A stretch of 64,000 nt of DNA from positions 62,001 through 126,000 of the forward strand of contig JABVCE010000022.1 in NCBI GenBank assembly GCA_014905635.1, in the 5' to 3' direction. Positions 11,702 through 23,097 of this stretch are shown here, piece after piece. A program made the translations under genes and the position numbers. The notes below the pieces were generated by a model that worked only from the letters and a program-made list of their open reading frames with translations, was not told where the DNA came from and searched no databases. The first letter of the stretch is position 1; every line of letters starts with the position of its first letter. This DNA is from Scenedesmus sp. PABB004 (Eukaryota).

Positions 11702-12804
11702 ATGCGCCGCTGCCGCGCGGCCTGCCTCGCGCTGGGCCTGCTGCTCGCGGCCCAGGCCGCCGCTGCATCGCGCCCCAGGCGCTCCCTGCGCAGTGCAGGC
11801 CTGGCCGCCGACGCCATCGACGCCGCCGGCGGCGCGTTGCGCAAGGGCGCGGACGCCGCTTCGGCGGCGCTGACCAACACTCGTGAGGCGGCAGAGCGGC
11901 TGGCCGCGACGGCGCGCGCGACGGCGACGGACGCGCAGGCCGCCCTGGCCAACGCGACCGGCGCGCACCTCGGCGGCGCCGTGCAGCGCGCGCTCGCCGC
12001 GCCCAGGCGTGCGGCGGAGGCGCTGCGCGCCGTTCTCGCCCCCGCGCGTGACGCTGTGCACGCCCTCGCCTCTGCGGCGGGGCAGCAGCCCGCGCCCGCG
12101 CCCGCGCCGGCGGCTCCTGGGGTGCAGGTGGTGGGCCTGGACGGCCGGCCCGTGCCCGGCGCGGCCAGCACGACGCTGCGGGCGGTCACCATCCCCGCCG
12201 CGGCCGCCGCGGCCGCGACCGGCGGCGTGGTGGACGTGGTGCCGCCTGGCGATCCCCGCTACGCTGCGCTGGTGGGTGGGCAGCCGCGCCCTGTCCGGCG
12301 CATGCGGCAGAGCCATGGCTGTGTGGCAGCGCCGTCCGCCCGAGGCGCACCCCGCCCCGCTCCGCCGCCCGCCGCAGGCGGCCTCGCTGCCGGCGGCCGC
12401 CGGCGTGTCGCCCGGCGCCGGGCAGCCGCTGACCGTGATGGGCACCGCCCCTGCGGCCGGCGGCGGCGGCGCGACGCCCGCGCCGCAGGTGGTGGTCGCG
12501 CCGCCAGCCTCGGCCCCGCCCCCGCCCGCCCGTGCCCCCGCCTGCCGCGCGCGCGCCGGCCCCCACGCCCGCCGCGCCTGCGCCGACTCCGACGCCCGCC
12601 GCCACTGAGTCGGCTCCCGCGCCGGTGCCCCCGCCCACGCCGGCGCCGGGGGGTGCCGCGGCGCCGGCGCTGGACCTGGTGCCTGCATCGGCCGGCGTGC
12701 AGGCGTTTGACGACCGGGCCGCGATGCTCGGCGCGCTCGCCGCCGCCGTGGGCGGCGCGGCGGCCGGCGGCGTGAAGGCGGGCACGGCGGCGCTGCTGGG
12801 CTGA
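11702..12804 (+). CDS. Hypothetical secreted Ala/Pro-rich protein
   Basis: Signal-peptide-like start MRRCRAACLALGLLLAAQAAA. One GT-AG intron at about 12272-12377. Pro/Thr-rich C-terminal half. One apparent 1-bp slip in a C-run near 12520-12530. Confidence 0.55.
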
Positions 12805-13054
12805 CGCTTGGGGGCAGTTGGGGCTGCAACTGCAACGAATCGCTGCAACGTACGCGTGGGCGCGCCACCGCCAGCCGCCCGGCGCGCGCCGCAGAGACCC
12901 AAAACCCGTCGCTCTCTCCTCCGTGCGCAGGCGCATCCAGCCGCCGCCCAGTGCCTCAGCGGCCCGCACAAACGCCCTCACACAAGCGGCGCCCTGGCGG
13001 CGCCCGGCGCGCGGGCCGGCGCCCGCTGCTCGCGGCGGGCGCGCCGCCGACGGG

Positions 13055-15068
13055 ATGGCGCCGCCGCCGCACGACTGCCTGGCGCTGGGCCTGGCCGAAG
13101 TGGAGCGCACTGGGCGGCCGGAAAGGGCGCAGCGCCAGCTCCTCGCCCACAGGCGCGAGCAGCGGCGGGCGCCGACGCCGCGCCCAGCAGCCTCACGCCG
13201 CATCCCCGGGGGGGGGGGGGGGGGGGGGGGCGCCCGCGGCCACGCGTCGCGGCACCGTGCCCTGCCGACACGCTCCCTGCCGCGGCAGCTGGCCCGCGCG
13301 ACCGCCGCCGCCGCGGCAACCGCCGCTGCGCCGCTGCTGCTGCGCCGCGCAGGCTCGGCGCGCTCGCGCTGAGCCGGGGCGCGGCGCTGGAGACGAGCCA
13401 GGCGGGCGGCATCAGATGGATGGACCTGGACGGCGTGGAGCAGCGCTATCTGCTCACAGGGGCGGCGGACTCAACGATCGAGGCGTTTGACGTGCTGGTG
13501 CGGCGCGCCCGTCGCGGCGGTGGCGGCTGCGCCAGCGCGCCGCGGGGCAGCTCCAGCGGCGCCAGCGCCCGGCGCGGCGGCCACCGCCGCGGCGCCGGCG
13601 CCGCAGGCGACGCAGGCGGCGGACGCGGCGGACGCCGGCGCGTCGCGCGCGCTGCGCCCGCTCTTCACCATCGCGCGCGGCCAGCCCGCGGCGCACCGCT
13701 ACCAGGCGCGGCGCGGCGCGGCGGGGCCTGGCGGCGGCCGCAGCTGCAGCCACGGGCGCGGCCGCCCGCGTCACGCGTGCCCGCGCCCGCGTGCGGCGCA
13801 GGTGACGAGCCTCTGCTGGTATGCTGTCGACACCGGCCTGTTTGTGTCGGGCTCGGCCGACTGCGAGGTCAAGGTGTGGGACACCAACGCGCTCGCAGTC
13901 GCGTGCGCGTTTGGCTGCCCCGGCAAGGTGCAGGCGCTGGGCATGTCGGCCGTCGCGTCGGCGCACGCGCTCGTCGCGGTCGGGACAAAGAAGCCAGGCG
14001 TGATGCTCGCCGACGTCGTGTCCGGCGCGTTTGTCCACACCCTCGACGGCCACGCGTGCGCGCGCGCGCGCCGGCCGCGCCCCCGCGGCGGCCGCGCCCC
14101 CGCGCCGCGCGGCGCCCGACGCCCGCCGCCGGCCGCCCTCCGCCGCCGCCGCCGCCACGCAGGAGCGGCGCGTGCGCGGTGTGCTGGTCGCCCTCGAACC
14201 AGCACCACCTGCTGACCGGCGACGCGGCCGGCGAGGTCCGGCTGTGGGACGTCCGCCGCTCCGGCTGCCGCGCGTTGCTCAGCATGCACGCCACGCAGCG
14301 CGCGCCGCGCGCCGCGCACGGCGCGGCGGCGGCGGGCGCGAAGCGCAAGGCACGCGAGCCGAGCTACGCGCAGCGGCAGGCGGGGCGCGCGCGGGCGGCG
14401 GCGGCGGCGCCGCGCGCGCGCTCGCGCACGAGGGCCCCGTGACGGGCCTGCTCGCCACGCCCGACGGCCTCGGCCTGCTCTCGGCGGGCGCCGACGGCCG
14501 GCTGCGGCTGTGGGACGCGGGCGACTGGCACCACCGCCTCGTACACTACCCTGGCACGCGCAGCAAGGGCGCGTTCCCCAAGCGCCTCGCCGCCACGCCC
14601 GACGGCCGCCACGCGTTCAGCCCGCGCGGCGACGACGTGCAGGCGCGCGCCCCGCGGCCGCCGCCGCGCACGCGCCGCGCGCGTGCGCCCGCCCACGCGC
14701 CCGCCGCCGGCCGGCCCGGGCAGGTCTTTGACGTCCAGAGCGGCGCGGAGGTCGCGCTGCTGAGCCAGGGGCACTACGACGCCGTGACGGCGTGCGCCTA
14801 CTCGCCGCGCACGGGGCAGCTCTGGTCGGCCGGCGCCGACGGCGCGGTCCTTGCCTGGGAGCCCTGGCGCGGCGCCGACGCGCCGGACGAGGAGGACGGC
14901 GCGGACGCGCGCGCCCAGCAGGAGCAGGCGGGGCCCGGGCCGGACTGGTGGATGGCCGCGGCCTCGAGCCGGCGGCGCGCGGCGGCGCCGCCGGCGGCGG
15001 CGGCGGCCGCCGCCGCGCCGCGCCGCACCGCGCCCGACATCGACGCCTGGAGCGACGACGAGGGCTGA
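13055..15068 (+). CDS. ERCC8: DNA excision repair protein ERCC8/CSA (WD40)
   Basis: GGIRWMDLDGVEQRYLLTGAAD, WYAVDTGLFVSGSAD..VKVWDTN, VRLWDVRRSG, GHYDAVTAC and the C-terminal DAWSDDEG* match CSA-family motifs. Confidence 0.9.
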
Positions 15069-15233
15069 CGGCGGCCTCGTGACGCCCACCCCTCCACCCT
15101 CGCTGCCCGCCACACGCACCCGGTGCCCTGCGCGCGTGCTTCACGCCACCCGCGGGCGCCCCGCCAGGTGCGGCTGCGCACGCGCACTCGGCGGGCGGCG
15201 CCGCGCCCACGCCCCCACGCGCCCCCGCTCCTG
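15021..15233 (+). repeat. Native ERCC8 3' end (last codons plus 3' UTR) that is copied in inverted orientation downstream
   Basis: The reverse complement recurs at 19442-19648 and 22891-23097. Confidence 0.9.
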
Positions 15234-15611
15234 CGCGTCCGCAGCGGCGCGAGCTGCTCGCCCCGGCCCTGTGGCGGGCGCCCCGCGCCCTCCTGGGGCG
15301 GCGGGCCGCCGGCGGCACGTGCGACTGTGCGCCCGCGCGCGCGGCGGCGGCGTGGGCGCCCTCGTGCTCGCGCGTGAGGGCCTCCACCCCAGGCGACGAC
15401 GCGGTGCGCCGGGCCGCGGCGGCGCCCGCGGGCCACCTGCACCTTGGCGGGCGCGTGTGGGGCGGCGGGGTCGCAGGCTGAGGCGCATGTTGTTGGGCTC
15501 ACGGGCTGCGCATGCTGTTGCACCGCTGGGACCGCGCCCTTCTACCACGACCCCGCAACGCGCCGCCGACGTGCACCGCGCGCGCGCGCGAGCGAGCCCC
15601 GCCTGCCCGGC

Positions 15612-16974
15612 TCACTCGAGGATGTAATCCTCGTTCCACTCCTGCACGGTGGCAGCGCGCAGCACGCTCGCGGCGGTGTCGCCCATGCCCCAGGCCCCAC
15701 CAAAGCCGCCGGCGCCGGCGCCGCTGCGCCGCAGCTCCGCAGCGGCCGCCGAGCCCGCCCAGCCCCGGCCCAGCGGCCAGGGCGCCACAGCGGCCGGCAC
15801 GGCGCTGGCCGGCGCCTCCGGCAGCGGCGCCAGCATCAGCGCGCCGGTGCTGGTGGCCGGCACGGCGCCGGCGAAGGAGGCGCCGTGGCCGCCGCCGGTG
15901 GGGGCCACGCGGTCAAGCTCCACCGTGGCGGCCGGCACGAGCAGCGGCGGCTGCGCCCGCGCGCGGCGCGGCATGTCCCTGCAGGACGGAAAGCTGCAGC
16001 CGCGGCAGTAGTTGAGCGAGGGGCCGAAGCCCATCTGCACGCGCACCATGAGGCGCACCTCGCCCGGCTGCACGAACGCCGCGTGCTCCAGCCCGTGCTC
16101 CCACATGAGGAGCATGCCGCCCGACGGCACGTGCACCAGGGACGCCTGTCGGGCGGCAGCACGGGGGCGCGCGCGGAAGTCGCAGCACCGGCGCGGGCGG
16201 CCGCCCGGCTGCCGCCGCTGCGCGCGGCGGCGGGAGCGCCGCTGCCGGGTCGCTCAGCGTCGCGCCGCGCGCGCGCGCGCGCGCTCCGCAGCGCAGCCCT
16301 GCCGCCGCCGCGGCATGCGCACCTGGCCGGACTCGGCACGGCGCAGGTGCATGAAGGTGCCGCGCGCCCCGCTGAGCAGGTACAGCCCCGTGATCGTGTC
16401 CACCGCGGCGTCAACGTGCGCGTGCCCGCGCTGCGCCCAGCCCTCCTCGACCAGCCAGCTCGGCAGCGTGGTGTCGCCGCTCATGGCGCATCGTGTTGGG
16501 CGCCGCGATGTCGAGTGGCCCCTGCGCGCGCACGCGAAAGGCGCACTGCCGCAGCTGCGGCGCGCGGCGCCCCGCGGGCGCCAGCAGCGACGCCACGAAG
16601 CGCCACTCGTAGCTGCAGAGCGCCCAGTCCTCAATGTTCTCCCACATGTCCCTGAACAGGCTGCGTTGGGACGGCGGGCAGCGGGGGGTGCCGCCGAGTC
16701 AACGGCGGGGGTCGGCGCGGCAGGGCGGCACGGCAGGCGCCGCGCTCGCGCCACGCTGCGCTCAGCGTCACCCTGCCCCCCGCCCACCGGCGGCAGGGCG
16801 CGCCCTGCGTCTGGTAGGTGCGGGAGACGCGATAATGCGTGGGGGTGCCCCGCTGCGCCAGCGCGTAGTGCGCCAGCAGCACGCCCAGCGGCGTGTAGTG
16901 AGAGGCATGCTCCGGGTCGCGTCGGGGATGACCACGTAGCCCTGCTGGAGCATCTGCCACGACGCGGCGTCCAT
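15612..16974 (-). pseudogene. 2OG-Fe(II) dioxygenase-like gene with at least two frameshifts
   Basis: QGYVVIPDA near the start, then HAHVDAAVDTITGLYLLSG (HxD) and VPSGGMLLMWEHGLEHAAFVQPGEVRLMVRV (distal H and R). Protein-like frames are offset near 16915 and 16480 with no intron to explain them. Confidence 0.55.
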
Positions 16975-17652
16975 CTCGCGCCGCTGTGGCCTGTTTCAGG
17001 CGGCCGGCGATCAGAGGATGCCCATGGTCGGTGTTGGCGGCGGCGGCGCGCGCGCGGCGGTGGCAGCGCCGCGCACGCGCGCCGCGCGCCCGCGGCGTCG
17101 GGGCGCCCCCCGGGCGCCCCGGCAGCCCCCATCCCCCCAGCCGCCGGTGTTGAGACCACCGGCCGGCGCTCCCACGGCGGTAGCGAGGCCGGGGAGCACG
17201 CCCAGCGTCCATCTCGCGCCGCGACGGAATGCGCCGGCGCGCGCAGAGCCACAGGTGACCCGGGAGGACGTGCGGTGCGATCGGCCGCGACGGAATGCGC
17301 CCGGCGCGGGCGGGGCCGCGCGCAAGGCGGCCGCCACGCGGCGGCGCAGCGACGACTCAACCGCGACGCCGCTCGAGGCCACAGGCCGCCCGCCAGCGCC
17401 GCGGTAAGCAGCAGGCTCAGCCCGCTCAGCCCGCCCACGCGCCGACCGCGCCGACCGCGCCGCCGCCGCCGCTCGAGGCCTGCACGCTGCGCGCCGCCCG
17501 AGCAGCGCCGCCGCCCCAGGTGCGCCCCTTGTGGGCCGGGTGCCGCGTTCCCGTGGCCGGGGCGCCGCACGCGGCGGCCCCCAGCGCGTGCGCGCGCGCC
17601 GCTGCTGCGCTGCTGCGCGCCTCACGCCCGCCCGCCCGCCCGCGCAGGGTCG

Positions 17653-19406
17653 ATGGAGCCTGCCCGGAGACGTACCGTGTATGAGTGGGATGGGAGCACC
17701 TACCGCCCGGTCTCGCCGAGCCGCGTCGCCGTGCCGGGGGCCGCACAGCGCGCCCAGCCGGCGGCAGGCGCCGCGCCGGGCGCCGCGCACAGCAGCGCCT
17801 CCGGTGCCGCGGCGCGCCCGCGGGGGGCCGCTGGATGGCTGGGACGACGTGCGCAGCGTGTGGCAGGAGCTCTGCGAGCAGCACGACGTCGACACCGCGG
17901 CGTTCGGCGGCATTTTTGTCAGCGAGCACGCGCTGTCGGTCGAGGAGATCTTGCGCGCCGCCGCGAGCATGCCCCGCGCCAGCCTGCCCGCGGTCTGGCC
18001 GACCGGCGATGACTTCCACGCCGCCGGCGGCGCCGAGCACCTGCATGTCTTCGGCCGCCCCGTGCGGCCGTACGACTGTCAGGTGTGCGACAAGAGCGTG
18101 GAGCACCTCGCCGAGCAGCCCTACAAGAAGCGCCGCGTGTGCGAGGGTTGCTATGAGGTGCGCGGGCTGGGGCGCTCCCTGCGCGCGCGCGCGCGCGCGC
18201 GCGCGCCGCTCCACCGCGCGCAGCGCAGCCGCCGCCGCGGTTAACCACGCCGCCGCCTTCCGCGCGCAGGCCAAGGTGCTGCTGGCGCTGCCGCCCAACC
18301 CGGCCGTGCCGCCCGGCGCGCTGTCTGGCGAGTGGCAGCGCTTCTGCCACAGGTGCTACAAGCCGCACGTGCTGTCCGAGTTTGCAGGCGACCGCGCCAC
18401 ATGCAGCAGGCATGACGGCAGCAAGGAGCTGTGGCGGCCGCAGCGGCTCGAGCAGGAGCTCCTGCGCCAGCAGAACCTCCAGCAGCAACAGCTGCTGCAG
18501 CGCCAGCTCCTCTTGCAGCAGCAGCAGTGGCAGTGGCAGCAGCTGGCGGCGGCGGGCCCGGCGGCGCTCGCACCCGCGGGCGCGCTCGCGGGCGCGCCGC
18601 CGCCGGCGCGCCCGGAGCAGCTCCTGCAGTTCCTGGGGCAGCCGTTGCAGCAGCAGCAGCAGCCCCCGCTGCAGTGGGAGTGGCCGGCGGGGCAGCAGCG
18701 GCAGCAGCAGCAGCACCTGGGCCAGCAGCACATGCAGTCGCCGGCGCCCCCGGCGGCGGCCGGCGGCTTGCTCGCGCTGCTGGCGGCGACGCCAGGCCCC
18801 GGCGGCGGCGGCGGCGCGGCGGCGGGCCCGGCGGCGCTCGCACCCGCGGGCGCGCTCGCGGGCGCGCCGCCGCCGGCGCGCCCGGAGCAGCTCCTGCAGT
18901 TCCTGGGGCAGCCGTTGCAGCAGCAGCAGCAGCCCCCGCTGCAGTGGGAGTGGCCGGCGGGGCAGCAGCGGCAGCAGCAGCAGCACCTGGGCCAGCAGCA
19001 CATGCAGTCGCCGGCGCCCCCGGCGGCGCCGTGCCCCGACGCGCTGTATTGGGAGTGGCGGGGGCAGCAGCAGGAGTGGCAGCGAGAGCAGCAGCAACAA
19101 CAGCAGCAGCACAAGCGGGAGGTGGAGAAGCAGCGCCACAAGGTGGCGTCCCGGCGCTACCCGCCGATCGGCGGCTTCCTGGGCTGGGAGCGCTGCCGCT
19201 GCTCCTCCTCCTCCGCCTTTCCCCTCTCGGGCGGCCGGCGCTCGACGTACAAGTGCAAGGCCCCCCACTGCGTGGCGCGCCTGGTGGTGTTGAGCGACGA
19301 GCTCAACATCACCAGCAGCGAGGTGCTGGGGCAGCACAGCTGCCGCAGCCCGCCAGCGCACACGCAGCCGCAGCCGCTGGCGAAGAAGCGCTTCTGCCAG
19401 GGCTAG
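17653..19406 (+). CDS. Putative transcription factor: divergent SBP domain, Gln-rich region and WRKY-like C2HC zinc finger (copy 1)
   Basis: CQVCDKSV...YKKRRVCEGCYE|AKVLL...WQRFCHRCYKPHVLSEFAGDRATCSRH is SBP-like. RSTYKCKAPHCVARLVV...EVLGQHSC is C-x4-C-x21-H-x-C. A frame slip at the G-run 17822-17827 may be a sequencing error. Confidence 0.65.
18546..19028 (+). repeat. Intragenic direct repeat, two copies of about 213 bp at 270-bp spacing, in the Gln-rich region (also in copy 2)
   Basis: The peptide AAAGPAALAPAGALAG...QQHMQSPAPPAA is encoded twice. Confidence 0.9.
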
Positions 19407-19441
19407 CGGTGCTGCGCTTGTGCAGGCGGCGCGAGCACGTC

Positions 19442-19648
19442 CAGGAGCGGGGGCGCGTGGGAGCGTGGGCGCGGCGCCGCCCGCCGAGTGCGCGTGCGCA
19501 GCCGCACCTGGCGGGGCGCCCGCGGGTGGCGTGCACGCGCGCAGGGCGCCTGGTGCGTGTGGCGGGCAGCGAGCGAGGGGTGGGCGTCACGAGGCCGCCG
19601 TGAGCCCTCGTCGTCGCTCCAGGCGTCGATGTCGGGCGCGGCGCGGCG
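19442..19648 (-). repeat. Inverted copy of the ERCC8 3' end, with the stop TGA changed to TCA
   Basis: Reads APDIDAWSDDEGS... on the minus strand and aligns by eye to 15021-15233 with small indels. Confidence 0.9.
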
Positions 19649-19988
19649 GCGGCGCCTGGCGCGACCACGCGCGCGCGCAGCTGCCGCACCGCAGCGCGGC
19701 GCGCCGCCGCCGCGAGGCTGCGTGCGTCCAGCAGAGTACGCCGGGAGGCAGCGCGCGGGGCTCAGCAGGATCCGGGCGCGATCGCGGTGACAAACGCGTG
19801 GCCTATGTTGAGCCCAGACATCGCCCAGCTCCCGCCCGCGCGCGCCCGCGCCGCCCAGACTCGCGCCCCGCGATCGCCGCACGCAGGCGAAAGCCAGAGC
19901 AGGCGGGGACGCCCCCAGCACGCGTGCGCCGCGCTCGCGATTTCGCTCAACCGCGCACAGCGCGCGCCGCTCGCGCCCCCGCCGGCAC

Positions 19989-20424
19989 AAGGCGCACTGC
20001 CGCAGCTGCGGCGCGCGGCGCCCCGCGGGCGCCAGCAGCGACGCCACGAAGCGCCACTCGTAGCTGCAGAGCGCCCAGTCCTCAATGTTCTCCCACATGT
20101 CCCTGAACAGGCTGCGTTGGGACGGCGGGCAGCGGGGGGTGCCGCCGAGTCAACGGCGGGGGTCGGCGCGGCAGGGCGGCACGGCAGGCGCCGCGCTCGC
20201 GCCACGCTGCGCTCAGCGTCACCCTGCCCCCGCCCACCGGCGGCAGGGCGCGCCCTGCGTCTGGTAGGTGCGGGAGACGCGATAATGCGTGGGGGTGCCC
20301 CGCTGCGCCAGCGCGTAGTGCGCCAGCAGCACGCCCAGCGGCGTGTAGTGAGAGGCATGCTCCGGGTCGCGTCGGGGATGACCACGTAGCCCTGCTGGAG
20401 CATCTGCCACGACGCGGCGTCCAT
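19989..20424 (-). pseudogene. 3'-truncated second copy of the 2OG-Fe(II) oxygenase-like gene
   Basis: Same 5' exons as 16538-16974, cut at the duplication junction before the HxD motif. Confidence 0.6.
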
Positions 20425-21101
20425 CTCGCGCCGCTGTGGCCTGTTTCAGGCGGCCGGCGATCAGAGGATGCCCATGGTCGGTGTTGGCGGCGGCGGCGCG
20501 CGCGCGGCGGTGGCAGCGCCGCGCACGCGCGCCGCGCGCCCGCGGCGTCGGGGCGCCCCCGGGCGCCCCGGCAGCCCCCATCCCCCCAGCCGCCGGTGTT
20601 GAGACCACCGGCCGGCGCTCCCACGGCGGTAGCGAGGCCGGGGAGCACGCCCAGCGTCCATCTCGCGCCGCGACGGAATGCGCCGGCGCGCGCAGAGCCA
20701 CAGGTGACCCGGGAGGACGTGCGGTGCGATCGGCCGCGACGGAATGCGCCCGGCGCGGGCGGGGCCGCGCGCAAGGCGGCCGCCACGCGGCGGCGCAGCG
20801 ACGACTCAACCGCGACGCCGCTCGAGGCCACAGGCCGCCCGCCAGCGCCGCGGTAAGCAGCAGGCTCAGCCCGCTCAGCCCGCCCACGCGCCGACCGCGC
20901 CGACCGCGCCGCCGCCGCCGCTCGAGGCCTGCACGCTGCGCGCCGCCCGAGCAGCGCCGCGGCCCCAGGTGCGCCCCTTGTGGGCCGGGTGCCGCGTTCC
21001 CGTGGCCGGGGCGCCGCACGCGGCGGCCCCCAGCGCGTGCGCGCGCGCCGCTGCTGCGCTGCTGCGCGCCTCACGCCCGCCCGCCCGCCCGCGCAGGGTC
21101 G

Positions 21102-22855
21102 ATGGAGCCTGCCCGGAGACGTACCGTGTATGAGTGGGATGGGAGCACCTACCGCCCGGTCTCGCCGAGCCGCGTCGCCGTGCCGGGGGCCGCACAGCGC
21201 GCCCAGCCGGCGGCAGGCGCCGCGCCGGGCGCCGCGCACAGCAGCGCCTCCGGTGCCGCGGCGCGCCCGCGGGGGGGCCGCTGGATGGCTGGGACGACGT
21301 GCGCAGCGTGTGGCAGGAGCTCTGCGAGCAGCACGACGTCGACACCGCGGCGTTCGGCGGCATTTTTGTCAGCGAGCACGCGCTGTCGGTCGAGGAGATC
21401 TTGCGCGCCGCCGCGAGCATGCCCCGCGCCAGCCTGCCCGCGGTCTGGCCGACCGGCGATGACTTCCACGCCGCCGGCGGCGCCGAGCACCTGCATGTCT
21501 TCGGCCGCCCCGTGCGGCCGTACGACTGTCAGGTGTGCGACAAGAGCGTGGAGCACCTCGCCGAGCAGCCCTACAAGAAGCGCCGCGTGTGCGAGGGTTG
21601 CTATGAGGTGCGCGGGCTGGGGCGCTCCCTGCGCGCGCGCGCGCGCGCGCGCGCCGCTCCACCGCGCGCAGCGCAGCCGCCGCCGCGGTTAACCACGCCG
21701 CCGCCTTCCGCGCGCAGGCCAAGGTGCTGCTGGCGCTGCCGCCCAACCCGGCCGTGCCGCCCGGCGCGCTGTCTGGCGAGTGGCAGCGCTTCTGCCACAG
21801 GTGCTACAAGCCGCACGTGCTGTCCGAGTTTGCAGGCGACCGCGCCACATGCAGCAGGCATGACGGCAGCAAGGAGCTGTGGCGGCCGCAGCGGCTCGAG
21901 CAGGAGCTCCTGCGCCAGCAGAACCTCCAGCAGCAACAGCTGCTGCAGCGCCAGCTCCTCTTGCAGCAGCAGCAGTGGCAGTGGCAGCAGCTGGCGGCGG
22001 CGGGCCCGGCGGCGCTCGCACCCGCGAGCGCGCTCGCGGGCGCGCCGCCGCCGGCGCGCCCGGAGCAGCTCCTGCAGTTCCTGGGGCAGCCGTTGCAGCA
22101 GCAGCAGCAGCCCCCGCTGCAGTGGGAGTGGCCGGCGGGGCAGCAGCGGCAGCAGCAGCAGCACCTGGGCCAGCAGCACATGCAGTCGCCGGCGCCCCCG
22201 GCGGCGGCCGGCGGCTTGCTCGCGCTGCTGGCGGCGACGCCAGGCCCCGGCGGCGGCGGCGGCGCGGCGGCGGGGCCCGGCGGCGCTCGCACCCGCGGGC
22301 GCGCTCGCGGGCGCGCCGCCGCCGGCGCGCCCGGAGCAGCTCCTGCAGTTCCTGGGGCAGCCGTTGCAGCAGCAGCAGCAGCCCCCGCTGCAGTGGGAGT
22401 GGCCGGCGGGGCAGCAGCGGCAGCAGCAGCAGCACCTGGGCCAGCAGCACATGCAGTCGCCGGCGCCCCCGGCGGCGCCGTGCCCCGACGCGCTGTATTG
22501 GGAGTGGCGGGGGCAGCAGCAGGAGTGGCAGCGAGAGCAGCAGCAACAACAGCAGCAGCACAAGCGGGAGGTGGAGAAGCAGCGCCACAAGGTGGCGTCC
22601 CGGCGCTACCCGCCGATCGGCGGCTTCCTGGGCTGGGAGCGCTGCCGCTGCTCCTCCTCCTCCGCCTTTCCCCTCTCGGGCGGCCGGCGCTCGACGTACA
22701 AGTGCAAGGCCCCCCACTGCGTGGCGCGCCTGGTGGTGTTGAGCGACGAGCTCAACATCACCAGCAGCGAGGTGCTGGGGCAGCACAGCTGCCGCAGCCC
22801 GCCAGCGCACACGCAGCCGCAGCCGCTGGCGAAGAAGCGCTTCTGCCAGGGCTAG
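21102..22855 (+). CDS. SBP plus WRKY-like zinc-finger protein (copy 2)
   Basis: Duplicate of 17653-19406, with extra 1-bp G-run slips near 21271 and 22272. Confidence 0.6.
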
Positions 22856-22890
22856 CGGTGCTGCGCTTGTGCAGGCGGCGCGAGCACGTC

Positions 22891-23097
22891 CAGGAGCGGG
22901 GGCGCGTGGGAGCGTGGGCGCGGCGCCGCCCGCCGAGTGCGCGTGCGCAGCCGCACCTGGCGGGGCGCCCGCGGGTGGCGTGCACGCGCGCAGGGCGCCT
23001 GGTGCGTGTGGCGGGCAGCGAGCGAGGGGTGGGCGTCACGAGGCCGCCGTGAGCCCTCGTCGTCGCTCCAGGCGTCGATGTCGGGCGCGGCGCGGCG
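22891..23097 (-). repeat. Second inverted copy of the ERCC8 3' end
   Basis: Same sequence as 19442-19648 at offset 3449. Confidence 0.9.

Noticed and set aside
13207..13230. Long poly-G or poly-C tracts (also ~450, ~9082, ~47696, ~51353)
   Set aside because: They are intronic homopolymers of unreliable length with no evidence of function.
18356..19141. Cys-rich antisense ORFs resembling metallothioneins (also 62573-63013)
   Set aside because: They are the reverse reading of CAG (Gln) repeats in the real genes.
15021..19648. Inverted repeats considered as TIRs of a Mutator or Pack-MULE element
   Set aside because: The left repeat is the conserved native ERCC8 C-terminus. I found no flanking TSD and no DDE transposase.
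17820..22275. Single-base frameshifts in G or C runs (17822, 21271, 22272; also ~12525, ~29800, ~31700) as programmed frameshifting or true pseudogenisation
   Set aside because: They sit in homopolymer or low-complexity runs and differ between duplicate copies, so sequencing error is the simpler explanation.
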